NCBI GenBank assembly: GCA_039630415.1
Contig: JBCNVB010000023.1
Span: 1 to 51,485, forward strand
Length of the DNA stretch: 51,485 bases
Origin: a bacterium
Lineage (GTDB): Bacteria; DRYD01
Reading direction: 5' to 3'
In this document: one piece after another, positions 9,076 to 17,903 of the stretch
Layout: every line of letters starts with the position of its first letter
Position numbering within the stretch: the stretch's first letter is position 1
Notes under the pieces: generated by a model
Told to the model about the DNA's origin: nothing
The model's input: only the letters and a program-made list of their open reading frames with translations
Database searches by the model: none
Made by a program: the position numbers and the translations under genes

Positions 9076-10626
9076 TTAGTTACCCCCTCTGGTAGTTGAT
9101 CTTATTTTGTTTTCCATTACAAAGTTTTGTTTAAATTTGGCAAGCGTTTCTTCGAGATCTTTGATACTTTCATCTGACAACTTTTGCTTTTGTTGTATTT
9201 CTTCAAGGATGTATTTTTTGTTTATCTTACAGTATTCAATCCATTTAGCTTCGAATTCTTTAATTTTATCGAGAGGTATATCGTCTAGGTATCCTTTAGT
9301 ACCAGCAAATATTGAGATTATTTGTTCTTCGATAGGCATTACTTGATGCAGTTCTTGTTTAAGTAGTTCCATGAGTACCTGTCCTCTAACAATTTGTTTT
9401 TGAGTTACTTCGTCTAGTTCGGAAGCAAACTTGGTAAATGATTCTAATTCTCTAAACATTGCTAAATCTAGTTTTAGTTGTCCAGCTACTTGTTTTGTAG
9501 CTTTAATCTGAGCTGCTCCACCTACCCTGGAAACCGATAAACCCACATCTATTGCAGGCTTAAAACCTTTATTGAAAAGGTTACTGTCTAGGTATATCTG
9601 TCCATCAGTTATTGATATGACGTTAGTGGGTATATAAGCGGAAACGTCACCGAGCTGAGTTTCTATAACGGGTAAAGCTGTTAAACTACCTCCTCCCAAC
9701 TCATCATTCAATTTTGCAGCTCTTTCTAATAATCTAGAATGCAAGTAAAATACATCCCCTGGGTAAGCTTCCCTTCCAGGAGGTCTCCTTAAAAGTAATG
9801 ATATTTCTCTATAAGCCTGAGCATGTTTGGTTAAATCGTCATAAACCACCAACACATGCTTACCCTTATACATAAAGTATTCTCCCATAGCACATCCAGC
9901 ATAGGGTGCAAGATATAACAATGTTGGTACGTCAGTTGATACAGTAGATACCACTATCGTATAGTCCATTGCACCATACTTTTCTAGTGTTTGTATCACA
10001 GATGAAACATAGGAAGCTTTTTGACCTATTGAAACATAAATACAAATAACGTCCTTACCTTTTTGATTAATTATAGTGTCTATTAGAATGGAAGATTTTC
10101 CAGTTTGTCTATCCCCAATTATTAATTCTCTTTGTCCTTTTCCTATAGGTATTAGCATGTCAATAGCTTTGATACCGGTGTATAGAGGTTCTTCAACAGG
10201 TTTTCTATCGATTACTCCGGGAGCCAATGCTTCTAAGGGTCTAAATGAATTAGTTTTTATTTCACCTTTACCATCCAGAGGCATGGATAGAGGATTTACT
10301 ACTCTTCCAATCAAAGCCTCACCAACAGGTATTTCTAATACCCTGTTTGTTTTCTTAATTATATCACCTTCATATATATCACCATAGTTACCTAGCAAAA
10401 GTATACCTACACTTTCTTCTTGTAGGTCAAATGCTATTCCGTATCTATCTTTTCCGAAATCCACTATTTCTCCGTATTTTACACCTTTAAGTCCATAAGC
10501 AAGTACTACGTTATCACCAACTTGTAGAACAGTTCCGATATCCTGCTGTTCTACAGTTATTCCCTCGAGTGCTTCTATTTGCTTTTTTATTATTTCTGAA
10601 AGCTCATCTATTCTTATGTCTGGCAT
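9076..10626 (-). CDS. atpA: F1F0 ATP synthase subunit alpha
   Basis: GDRQTGKS Walker [40 protein letters not shown] and [10 protein letters not shown]. Confidence 0.98.
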   Translation of the reverse strand: MPDIRIDELSEIIKKQIEALEGITVEQQDIGTVLQVGDNVVLAYGLKGVKYGEIVDFGKDRYGIAFDLQEESVGILLLGNYGDIYEGDIIKKTNRVLEIPVGEALIGRVVNPLSMPLDGKGEIKTNSFRPLEALAPGVIDRKPVEEPLYTGIKAIDMLIPIGKGQRELIIGDRQTGKSSILIDTIINQKGKDVICIYVSIGQKASYVSSVIQTLEKYGAMDYTIVVSTVSTDVPTLLYLAPYAGCAMGEYFMYKGKHVLVVYDDLTKHAQAYREISLLLRRPPGREAYPGDVFYLHSRLLERAAKLNDELGGGSLTALPVIETQLGDVSAYIPTNVISITDGQIYLDSNLFNKGFKPAIDVGLSVSRVGGAAQIKATKQVAGQLKLDLAMFRELESFTKFASELDEVTQKQIVRGQVLMELLKQELHQVMPIEEQIISIFAGTKGYLDDIPLDKIKEFEAKWIEYCKINKKYILEEIQQKQKLSDESIKDLEETLAKFKQNFVMENKIRSTTRGGN

Positions 10627-10665
10627 GTATTAGCCTCCTTTCTCAATTTATTTTTCACAATTATT

Positions 10666-13323
10666 CTATTTTTCAAACGCCGTATTTATGAAGTGTAACA
10701 TTCTAGAACAAAATACCTTATTTTCAGCAGTTGCAGTCAAGTTATTCTTTATAGATTTTAGCTTATTTTCTATCTTTTGAAGCGTTTCAAAAGCCTTATT
10801 TCTTACACTTGGCAAAAATAAAGTATTCATTACAATAACGTCTTCTTCAGAATTCATCTCACTATAACCACTAATATATACCAGTATGTATATAAAGTCC
10901 TCTATTGCCTGCTGTTTTATTTGACTTATTGTTTGATTGGGTTTTATAGTTTCTAGTAGGGATTCGTAAAGTTTATTTATATTGCTGATCGTTATTTTCT
11001 GATCGTAATAGTATTCATACTTGGTAGATAGTGGCATTAGGAGTATAAGTAGGGACATTAAGCGATGAAGCCTTTCAATTATGTATGCCCTATCAAATAG
11101 TGTAACAGTTTGTGGCTCAGTATAACCCCAATCATAGTGTCCAAACATTATTGAACTTTCTATAGTATTCTTGTCTATTAGAGGTTTTTCCGATAATAGA
11201 TCTTTAATTGCTTGATTTATTGCAAATTCTTTTACTTTTGAATCTATTATTTCGACATTCTTTTTCGTAGAGTCTCCCAGGTATACCCTGTTTATATGCT
11301 TTCCGAGCAAGGTGTATATTAGATTTTCGAGTTTTACTTCTGCATAAGCTTGCAGAGTTCTGGAAGTAGCCTGGTATATCATTTTTGGGTTACTACCAGC
11401 TTTGGATAATCTATAGGGAGCATTCTGTAGTACATACCTGTAAGTTTTAGTTAAATTATCTAACCATACGTGTGGTTTATCTGAAAGATCAAACTGTCTA
11501 ATATTTGGATCCATACAGATTAGATCCTCATCTGTGCCGTAGTATACTCCCGCCTTTGAAGCTATTTCTTTTAGCTTAGATTCTTCTTGAGTATACCCAT
11601 ACTCTATTGCCAAACAATCATAGTATCCTATTGTTGTCATAAATACATCTCTTGTAAAGTATGGCCTACCATTCCTATAGTGAATATTTGCAGGAATATA
11701 GTCCATACAAGAATAGCAGATACCATTTTTTGAAGTATAACTTTCATCAGAAAGCTGTTCTTGGGATACAAAGGAAGAAGCTTTGAAGTTATGTCTTAGA
11801 CCAAGAATATGTCCAATTTCATGGATTACTATGTCTTTTACATAGTCCTTGGCAAATTTATCTTTGTTAAGATCAAAAGCTTGAGGATTTGATATCATTA
11901 TTGCTGTAAGAGCTATTAGTGTTTGATTAGCTTTCTCTACTTGATAATCACAATTATTTAGAAGGTATCCAAACATTCTCTTGTTTTCTTCTATGTGTTT
12001 TTGAGCAGTAACCATAAGATAATATGCATCATACAGATTTATTTTAGATTTGTCAGTATGGAATAGTATTCTAGTTAAGAAGGTGGTGGGTAGGAATTGA
12101 CTTCTTATGGAGTTAGCGATTATAACATCGTAGTAGTAGTCAAATCTGGATTTAATTGCTCTTATCATGGGGGCATAGAATACTACATCAGCATCAACGA
12201 TTTCACCAGTGGTTGGTACAGCTAAAGAAGGTCCTATAGCAAAAGCAGCCGATCCATCTTGATACCTTACCACAGAATACCTAATATCTTCAGGTTCCCA
12301 ATTCGATTCATAAGGCTGAATATCAACCTCTATAGGATCGGTATATCCTATTTTATTGAAAGCCTTATTCCATTCGAGTATACCTTCCTTTGCTACTTGT
12401 CTATATTGTTCTGGCCAAGTGTTTTCCAACCATATCTTTATCTTTTTACCGTTAGATATATCCCATCTGGTTATATAAGTTTTAATTGCTCTTATTCCGT
12501 CTCCCTTAGTTCCATCATCTATTGAAACATCAGAAAAAGAAAATGCAAAATAACCAACTCTATCATCATACTCTCTAGGTTTGTAATTTGGATTATCATG
12601 CTCAAATATATTAAGCGCTAGTATAACTTCATTGTTTTTTGTTAAATTAAGAAAATTCTGAGAAATATAGTAAGACCTACCCTTCTCAGAATATGAAACT
12701 AGATAAGAAAGGTAGATTATTACATTTTTTGGATAAGCTTTAACTTCAGTAACTTGATTAAAAGATGTTGCTAGCTGTTGGTATATAGGAGAGTGAAAGA
12801 AGAACCTTACTTCTTGAGTAAGCTTTTCCAAATCTATGTATATTTTTTTGTCTAGGTATATTCCTTTAGTACTGGTTATTAAATTATCCGAAAAAGACTT
12901 TTCGACTAACTTAGTAGAGGCTTGATCAAAGGAAGACCTATATCTGAGGTTTTTACAATACAGATCAACTTCTATTGTATCACCGTCTTTAATTTCTGGG
13001 TAAAGACTTGATTTGAAGTAAATAGCCTGAGTATATTCATAGGATCCATCGAAAACAGGAAGAGTTATGCCACCATAAAAAGGAGCAACACCTATACCCT
13101 TAGATACTTGTAAAGATACAAAATACAGTTTGTTAAGCTTAGTTATTGGTATTTCCATGTAGTATTTGTTTTTGTACTTATATACAGTGAAGATTCCTTC
13201 CATTTTTTGGGCTTTTTTGAGAAACTCTTTTTCAGAAGCAAACGTTAGATTAGTAGTTACAAGTGTAATAAAAACAATAAGTATAGTCATCAGGGTTGAT
13301 AGAACTTTATTCATTTCGTTCAC
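10666..13323 (-). CDS. Secreted zinc-dependent metzincin metalloprotease (DUF5117/DUF4953-like architecture)
   Basis: Signal peptide; PREYDDRVGYF, GILEWNKAF, DIRYS, HEIGHILGLRHNF (HExxHxxGxxH) and a Met-turn SCMDY. Confidence 0.88.
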   Translation of the reverse strand: MNEMNKVLSTLMTILIVFITLVTTNLTFASEKEFLKKAQKMEGIFTVYKYKNKYYMEIPITKLNKLYFVSLQVSKGIGVAPFYGGITLPVFDGSYEYTQAIYFKSSLYPEIKDGDTIEVDLYCKNLRYRSSFDQASTKLVEKSFSDNLITSTKGIYLDKKIYIDLEKLTQEVRFFFHSPIYQQLATSFNQVTEVKAYPKNVIIYLSYLVSYSEKGRSYYISQNFLNLTKNNEVILALNIFEHDNPNYKPREYDDRVGYFAFSFSDVSIDDGTKGDGIRAIKTYITRWDISNGKKIKIWLENTWPEQYRQVAKEGILEWNKAFNKIGYTDPIEVDIQPYESNWEPEDIRYSVVRYQDGSAAFAIGPSLAVPTTGEIVDADVVFYAPMIRAIKSRFDYYYDVIIANSIRSQFLPTTFLTRILFHTDKSKINLYDAYYLMVTAQKHIEENKRMFGYLLNNCDYQVEKANQTLIALTAIMISNPQAFDLNKDKFAKDYVKDIVIHEIGHILGLRHNFKASSFVSQEQLSDESYTSKNGICYSCMDYIPANIHYRNGRPYFTRDVFMTTIGYYDCLAIEYGYTQEESKLKEIASKAGVYYGTDEDLICMDPNIRQFDLSDKPHVWLDNLTKTYRYVLQNAPYRLSKAGSNPKMIYQATSRTLQAYAEVKLENLIYTLLGKHINRVYLGDSTKKNVEIIDSKVKEFAINQAIKDLLSEKPLIDKNTIESSIMFGHYDWGYTEPQTVTLFDRAYIIERLHRLMSLLILLMPLSTKYEYYYDQKITISNINKLYESLLETIKPNQTISQIKQQAIEDFIYILVYISGYSEMNSEEDVIVMNTLFLPSVRNKAFETLQKIENKLKSIKNNLTATAENKVFCSRMLHFINTAFEK

Positions 13324-13389
13324 CTCTCATCTCCCAAAAGCTTTAATGCAGGTATATATACCGTATGTTATTTTTGTGAGTGTATTGTT

Positions 13390-13791
13390 TTAAGTTACCT
13401 GGTATTTAGATTTGAGTATGAGATTAATTACATGTAGTAGTTCTTCAATTTCGAAAGGTTTGGGGATATAGAATTCTGCACCTTTTCTCCAGCTTTCGAT
13501 AACTGCGGAATCCTCAGTTTTAGCAGTTAACATTATTACGGGTATTTCAGAAGTTTCGGGATCTTCTTTTAATCTTTTTAGTACTTCAAACCCATCCATT
13601 TCAGGCATCATTATGTCCAGAATGATTATGTGAGGTTTTTCAGTTTTTGCTTTTTGTATACCCGTAGGTCCATCTAAAGCACCTATACTCTTGAACCCTG
13701 AATGAGCCAAAATGTTTGACAATAAATCAACTATGTTTTCTTCATCATCGATTATCAAAATTTTGCACTTATCTTTTAGGTTATCCATCAT
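13390..13791 (-). CDS. Single-domain response regulator (receiver)
   Basis: IIDDE, LDIMMP (phosphoacceptor Asp), MLTA and KPF; no output domain; SD AGGGGG. Confidence 0.93.
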   Translation of the reverse strand: MMDNLKDKCKILIIDDEENIVDLLSNILAHSGFKSIGALDGPTGIQKAKTEKPHIIILDIMMPEMDGFEVLKRLKEDPETSEIPVIMLTAKTEDSAVIESWRKGAEFYIPKPFEIEELLHVINLILKSKYQVT

Positions 13792-13929
13792 TACCCCCCT
13801 AATTTTGTTTTGAAAACCCTACAATAGTATTTATTCTACACAAAATTCAACTTTCTTGCATTTTATTGTAGTTTATGACCTTGAATTTAGCAGGAAAGCT
13901 CAAAGAATATAGAAAAATATTTAGTAGAT

Positions 13930-15399
13930 ATGTATGTATGTTCTCCAGGAATTCAATTTTGTATATCACCAAACCTAAGATATTATGGTTTGTTTAAAGA
14001 AGGTAGGGTTTATATTTATAGGGAGCGTAATTTTTTGTTAGATTTTGAAACGCAAGGAGTAGATATAAAGCTTCTTTCAATTTCCGATAATGCAAGCTTG
14101 CTTCTTCTACAAGATAATTCACTTTATCTTTCTTCATTGGATGAAAAAAATCAAGTAACTCTAATCAGCTTAAATCAATATTTCGTTGAAGGGGGGAATC
14201 TGCACGATTTCGGTCTGATACCTAAATCCAACAAAGTATTCTTTACCCGAAAAACTAAAGATAGATCAATCTTTGCTAGATTATCAGGTAAAGAAATACT
14301 CCTTCAAGAATTAAGTATTCTTAATCTTAGTACAAGAAAGGAAGAAGTAATACTATCTAAAAAGTCAACAAATCAAGAAAATTTACTACTTGTAAAAACC
14401 TCTCCCATATATAACTACATCCTAGTAGCAGACCCAGAAAAACTTACGATTCAATTAATTAATTTAAACGATTACACAGAAGAATTATCCTTTACTATAG
14501 AAGATGTTGAAGTTATTGATTTTGGAGTTAATAACAACGGAGACTGTATATTTTTCATTAAAGAAGACAACAATGAAGGAATTTATATAATCCCTAAAGA
14601 TGGAAACAAAAAACTCATAAAAACTCAAGAGAAACTCGAAAGATACAACCTAATTAATTTTAGTCCCAAATTTATTGTTTTAAGAGATAAATCACAACCA
14701 GAAATTGTTATTTTGGATGATCAGGGTAATAATTATTGCAATTTGAAGCTTTCTGAGATGGATAAAGCAGGATACCTACACTGGACATTAGTTTTCCCTA
14801 ATGAAGAAGATATTTTAACCATATATTGCAAACAATTCAAACTCCCCCTAGAGATATATTTTAATTCATATACGAACTTTAAACAACAGTTTGACAAATC
14901 CAAAGCATACCAAAAGTTAGTATTTGATGAATTAGAAAAACAGGATAAGCAACAAAAAGAAGAGAAAAAAGAAGAAACATTTAGAAAAGATAAGGAAGCA
15001 ATATTGTCAAGCTTATTTAGCAGTACTGAGGAAGAAACTCAACCACAAGTACAAGAAAAACCTAAATACCACTCCAAAATAAAAGAACTCTTTGAAGAAT
15101 CCGAATCAAAACCTGAATCACAAAAAGAACTTGAAATCAAAATCTCGCCTACACCAGAACCAAACAAATTCTCAATGGAAACAGTAGACTTAGAACAAAT
15201 TATGTCAAAACTAGAAAAAAAATTATCATCTATCCAAAAACAATCACCCGAAACCAAACCAACTTACCAATTCACCCTCCTAGATGAAATAGAAGTAGAA
15301 TCCTCAGAACCACAACAAACCTCACAACCAGAAGAAAACTACTTCCAAACCCTAATGGATATAAAAAATAAACTAGAGGAAATTGATAAACAGCAATAA
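13930..15399 (+). CDS. Hypothetical protein: beta-propeller-like N-terminal region with an acidic low-complexity/coiled C-terminal tail
   Basis: Repeated short beta-strand patterns (SILNLST, QLINLND, VILDDQG) over about 310 aa, then an E/Q/K/P/S-rich tail. Confidence 0.55.
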   Translation: MYVCSPGIQFCISPNLRYYGLFKEGRVYIYRERNFLLDFETQGVDIKLLSISDNASLLLLQDNSLYLSSLDEKNQVTLISLNQYFVEGGNLHDFGLIPKSNKVFFTRKTKDRSIFARLSGKEILLQELSILNLSTRKEEVILSKKSTNQENLLLVKTSPIYNYILVADPEKLTIQLINLNDYTEELSFTIEDVEVIDFGVNNNGDCIFFIKEDNNEGIYIIPKDGNKKLIKTQEKLERYNLINFSPKFIVLRDKSQPEIVILDDQGNNYCNLKLSEMDKAGYLHWTLVFPNEEDILTIYCKQFKLPLEIYFNSYTNFKQQFDKSKAYQKLVFDELEKQDKQQKEEKKEETFRKDKEAILSSLFSSTEEETQPQVQEKPKYHSKIKELFEESESKPESQKELEIKISPTPEPNKFSMETVDLEQIMSKLEKKLSSIQKQSPETKPTYQFTLLDEIEVESSEPQQTSQPEENYFQTLMDIKNKLEEIDKQQ

Positions 15400-16105
15400 A
15401 CAATACCTATACTCAAAAACACTGGTACTAGAATTTCTATCCTCGGAAAAATCTAATCAAGCAGTAAAACTCTACATAAACCCCCTCAAAAAATCAAACC
15501 TATCACATATAATCAAACTAGCTAAACAAAAAAATATTCCAATCATTACAACTAACTTTGTAAAGTTTAAAAATCAGATCGAAGATTATGAAAATATCCC
15601 AGTAGTTCTTGAGATAAGTAGTTTTAAATATCATACGTTAGAAGATATTTTAGACAACAAAACAACATTAAATGTAGTGGTTTTAGCTTATAAAGTTAAG
15701 GATCCAAGAAATTTAGGTGCTATAATTCGAAATTGTTCCGCTTTTGACGTTAAGGGTTTACTGATAACCTCAAAAGACAGCTGTCCTGTAAATAATACAG
15801 TAATTAATGCAAGCAGAAATTCTCCACTCCTGATCGCCAGAATAAATAACTGCTTAAGTATAATCAAACTCCTACAAAATAAAGGTTATGAATGTTTCTG
15901 TCTAGATATTAAAGGACAAATTGATATTCAAAATCTAAAACCCCCAAAAAACTCAAAAATCCTACTGGTTTTGGGAGGAGAAAAAGGATTAGATAACAGC
16001 ATAAAACAAAACTGTAAAACTATAAGAATACCAATCAAGAATATCGAGAGTTTGAATACCTCTGTAGCACTCGGTATTTTCTTATATCACTTATCTATAA
16101 TCTAA
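15383..16105 (+). CDS. TrmH/SpoU-family RNA 2'-O-methyltransferase (RlmB-like)
   Basis: KDPRNLGAIIR, VLGGEKG and ESLNTSVA SPOUT motifs; start codon uncertain. Confidence 0.85.
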   Translation: MINSNKQYLYSKTLVLEFLSSEKSNQAVKLYINPLKKSNLSHIIKLAKQKNIPIITTNFVKFKNQIEDYENIPVVLEISSFKYHTLEDILDNKTTLNVVVLAYKVKDPRNLGAIIRNCSAFDVKGLLITSKDSCPVNNTVINASRNSPLLIARINNCLSIIKLLQNKGYECFCLDIKGQIDIQNLKPPKNSKILLVLGGEKGLDNSIKQNCKTIRIPIKNIESLNTSVALGIFLYHLSII

Positions 16106-16210
16106 TTTCAATTTTAACATTTATTTTACACTATCTGTATCAATATTCATCGTTATCCCAAAAGTATCACAAATAGAGGAAAGTATTACAAACAAAGGGA
16201 GGTAGAAATC

Positions 16211-16567
16211 ATGAGAATTACAATGAGATTAGTTGTGATGATGATAATAATGATGTTGGGTTTTGCTTTTTCGAATGTAAGCATTTCTGGTGTAAGTATT
16301 TCTTCTGTTAGCGTTTCTCCAGTCAGTATTTCACCCGTCAGTATTTCAGGTTTGTCCATACATCAAGTTTCAATTAGTCCTGTAAGTATTTCAAGTATGA
16401 GCTCTTATAACCCATTTAGAGGTATTAATCAAACAAACATTTCTCCTGTATACGTTAGACCAGCAATAGTAAATTCCTACAATCCCTACAAGGTACTAAA
16501 TATATCTTATCAAAATATCAGGGTTTACTACTTTAGTTACCAACAATCAGAATTTGTTAGTGACTAA
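16211..16567 (+). CDS. Small secreted Ser/Ile/Val-rich pentapeptide-repeat protein
   Basis: Strong SD (AAGGGAGGT), signal-peptide-like MRITMRLVVMMIIMMLGFAFS, then 8 VSISP-like units with diverged codons. Confidence 0.75.
   Translation: MRITMRLVVMMIIMMLGFAFSNVSISGVSISSVSVSPVSISPVSISGLSIHQVSISPVSISSMSSYNPFRGINQTNISPVYVRPAIVNSYNPYKVLNISYQNIRVYYFSYQQSEFVSD
16277..16396 (+). repeat. 8 x 15-bp degenerate coding repeat (VSISG VSISS VSVSP VSISP VSISG LSIHQ VSISP VSISS)
   Basis: Read directly from the DNA and protein. Confidence 0.85.
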
Positions 16568-16572
16568 ATAGA

Positions 16573-17160
16573 TTAATCGGTAGATAATAATTTTTCGAGG
16601 GTTTGGATAGCTTGTTGTACCTTTTGTGCTATTTCGTTGGATTTTTGGGCACTGTAGATAAATATCTGCTCAAGTAATTCTATTCCACAGAATTCAAAGA
16701 TTATGTGTTTATAAATTCTTTTCATTGATTGTTCAAGTAAGTATTGTTTGTATGTATTTTCGTCGCCACCGAGTGTTGTTATAATGATTGCTTTTTTATC
16801 AGATAGAAGAGGTACGGATTGATTATTTTGGTCTACTGTGTATGCAAAGTTAAAAGAAAATACTCTGTCTATGTAACCTTTTAAGACAGCAGGCATATGT
16901 CCCCACCAAGTGGGGAAAATAAAAATCATTAGGTCACTTTGTTTTACATATTCTTGCTCTTGGAGTACATCCTGCTGAGTATTGAGTTGTTGATCAAACC
17001 TGAGAACAGGATTAAACCCTATTTCATATAAGTCCCTGACCACAGCATCTATCTTTTTTTGATTAAGTAAATTTAAAACTTGCTGGAGTATGTAGTAATT
17101 TAGACTTTTTTTAGAAGGATGGCAAAAAACTACTAGTACTTTGTTATTTGTTAGTTTCAT
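16573..17160 (-). CDS. NAD(P)H-dependent oxidoreductase, flavodoxin_2 / NAD(P)H:quinone dehydrogenase family
   Basis: FCHPSKKSLN, RDLYEIGFNP and FPTWWGHMPAVLKGYIDRVF. Confidence 0.92.
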   Translation of the reverse strand: MKLTNNKVLVVFCHPSKKSLNYYILQQVLNLLNQKKIDAVVRDLYEIGFNPVLRFDQQLNTQQDVLQEQEYVKQSDLMIFIFPTWWGHMPAVLKGYIDRVFSFNFAYTVDQNNQSVPLLSDKKAIIITTLGGDENTYKQYLLEQSMKRIYKHIIFEFCGIELLEQIFIYSAQKSNEIAQKVQQAIQTLEKLLSTD

Positions 17161-17183
17161 TAATTGGTTGTTATTTACTTTAG

Positions 17184-17894
17184 TTATTGTTTATCTTGTT
17201 GTTGATTGCTTTGTTCATTATTTTGTTGTTCTTCATTCTTTTGGAGATATGGCTTAGTTATTTCTTGTATATATTTCATTTGTTTATCCATATATGCATC
17301 AAATTTTCGTAGTTCTATAAGCATTCTATCCGTGTCTTGGTTATCGAATGATTCGAATACATTTTGTAGTATTTCATCGAGTTCTGGGTCACCCGTGGAT
17401 GTAAATTCTGCAGGTTCTTCTATTGTTTGTTGATTAGTAGGTTGGCTAGTTTCATCCTCTTCTGTTTCTTCTGCTTCCTCAGGAAGAATTATGTTATCCA
17501 CATCAGGTAGGGTTTCAAATTCCATTTCTCCTACTTTAGATAGTGCTTCTATCATTTCAATTCTTTGATTTATTTGTTGTTCTATTTCTTCTATTTCTTT
17601 TTCATCTATTTGATCTTTTTCTGCTAGGGATAGCATTTTTTGTATAAGCTTGTTTGTTTCTTTGATATGTGGTATAATTTTTAGTAATAGCATTTCGGGT
17701 AGATCTTCTATTTCTTCCGGTTGTCGCTCTATTTGTTCATCCAGTTCTTTGATTATTTCTTGTATCTTTTTTACTTGTTCTCTTGCTATTTTTACGTCTT
17801 TTTTGGTTGATATTTCTTGTATTTTTGTAGTTATTTCCTTTATTTTTTGTTCTAATTGTTCTATTGGTTGTTGTCTTTCCATTTGGTTAGCCAT
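17184..17894 (-). CDS. Hypothetical acidic E/Q-rich coiled-coil protein
   Basis: 236-aa ORF starting 9 bp after the 746-aa gene; heptad-like helices and an acidic linker (EEAEETEEDET). Confidence 0.75.
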   Translation of the reverse strand: MANQMERQQPIEQLEQKIKEITTKIQEISTKKDVKIAREQVKKIQEIIKELDEQIERQPEEIEDLPEMLLLKIIPHIKETNKLIQKMLSLAEKDQIDEKEIEEIEQQINQRIEMIEALSKVGEMEFETLPDVDNIILPEEAEETEEDETSQPTNQQTIEEPAEFTSTGDPELDEILQNVFESFDNQDTDRMLIELRKFDAYMDKQMKYIQEITKPYLQKNEEQQNNEQSNQQQDKQ

Positions 17895-17903
17895 ATTATT
17901 ATA

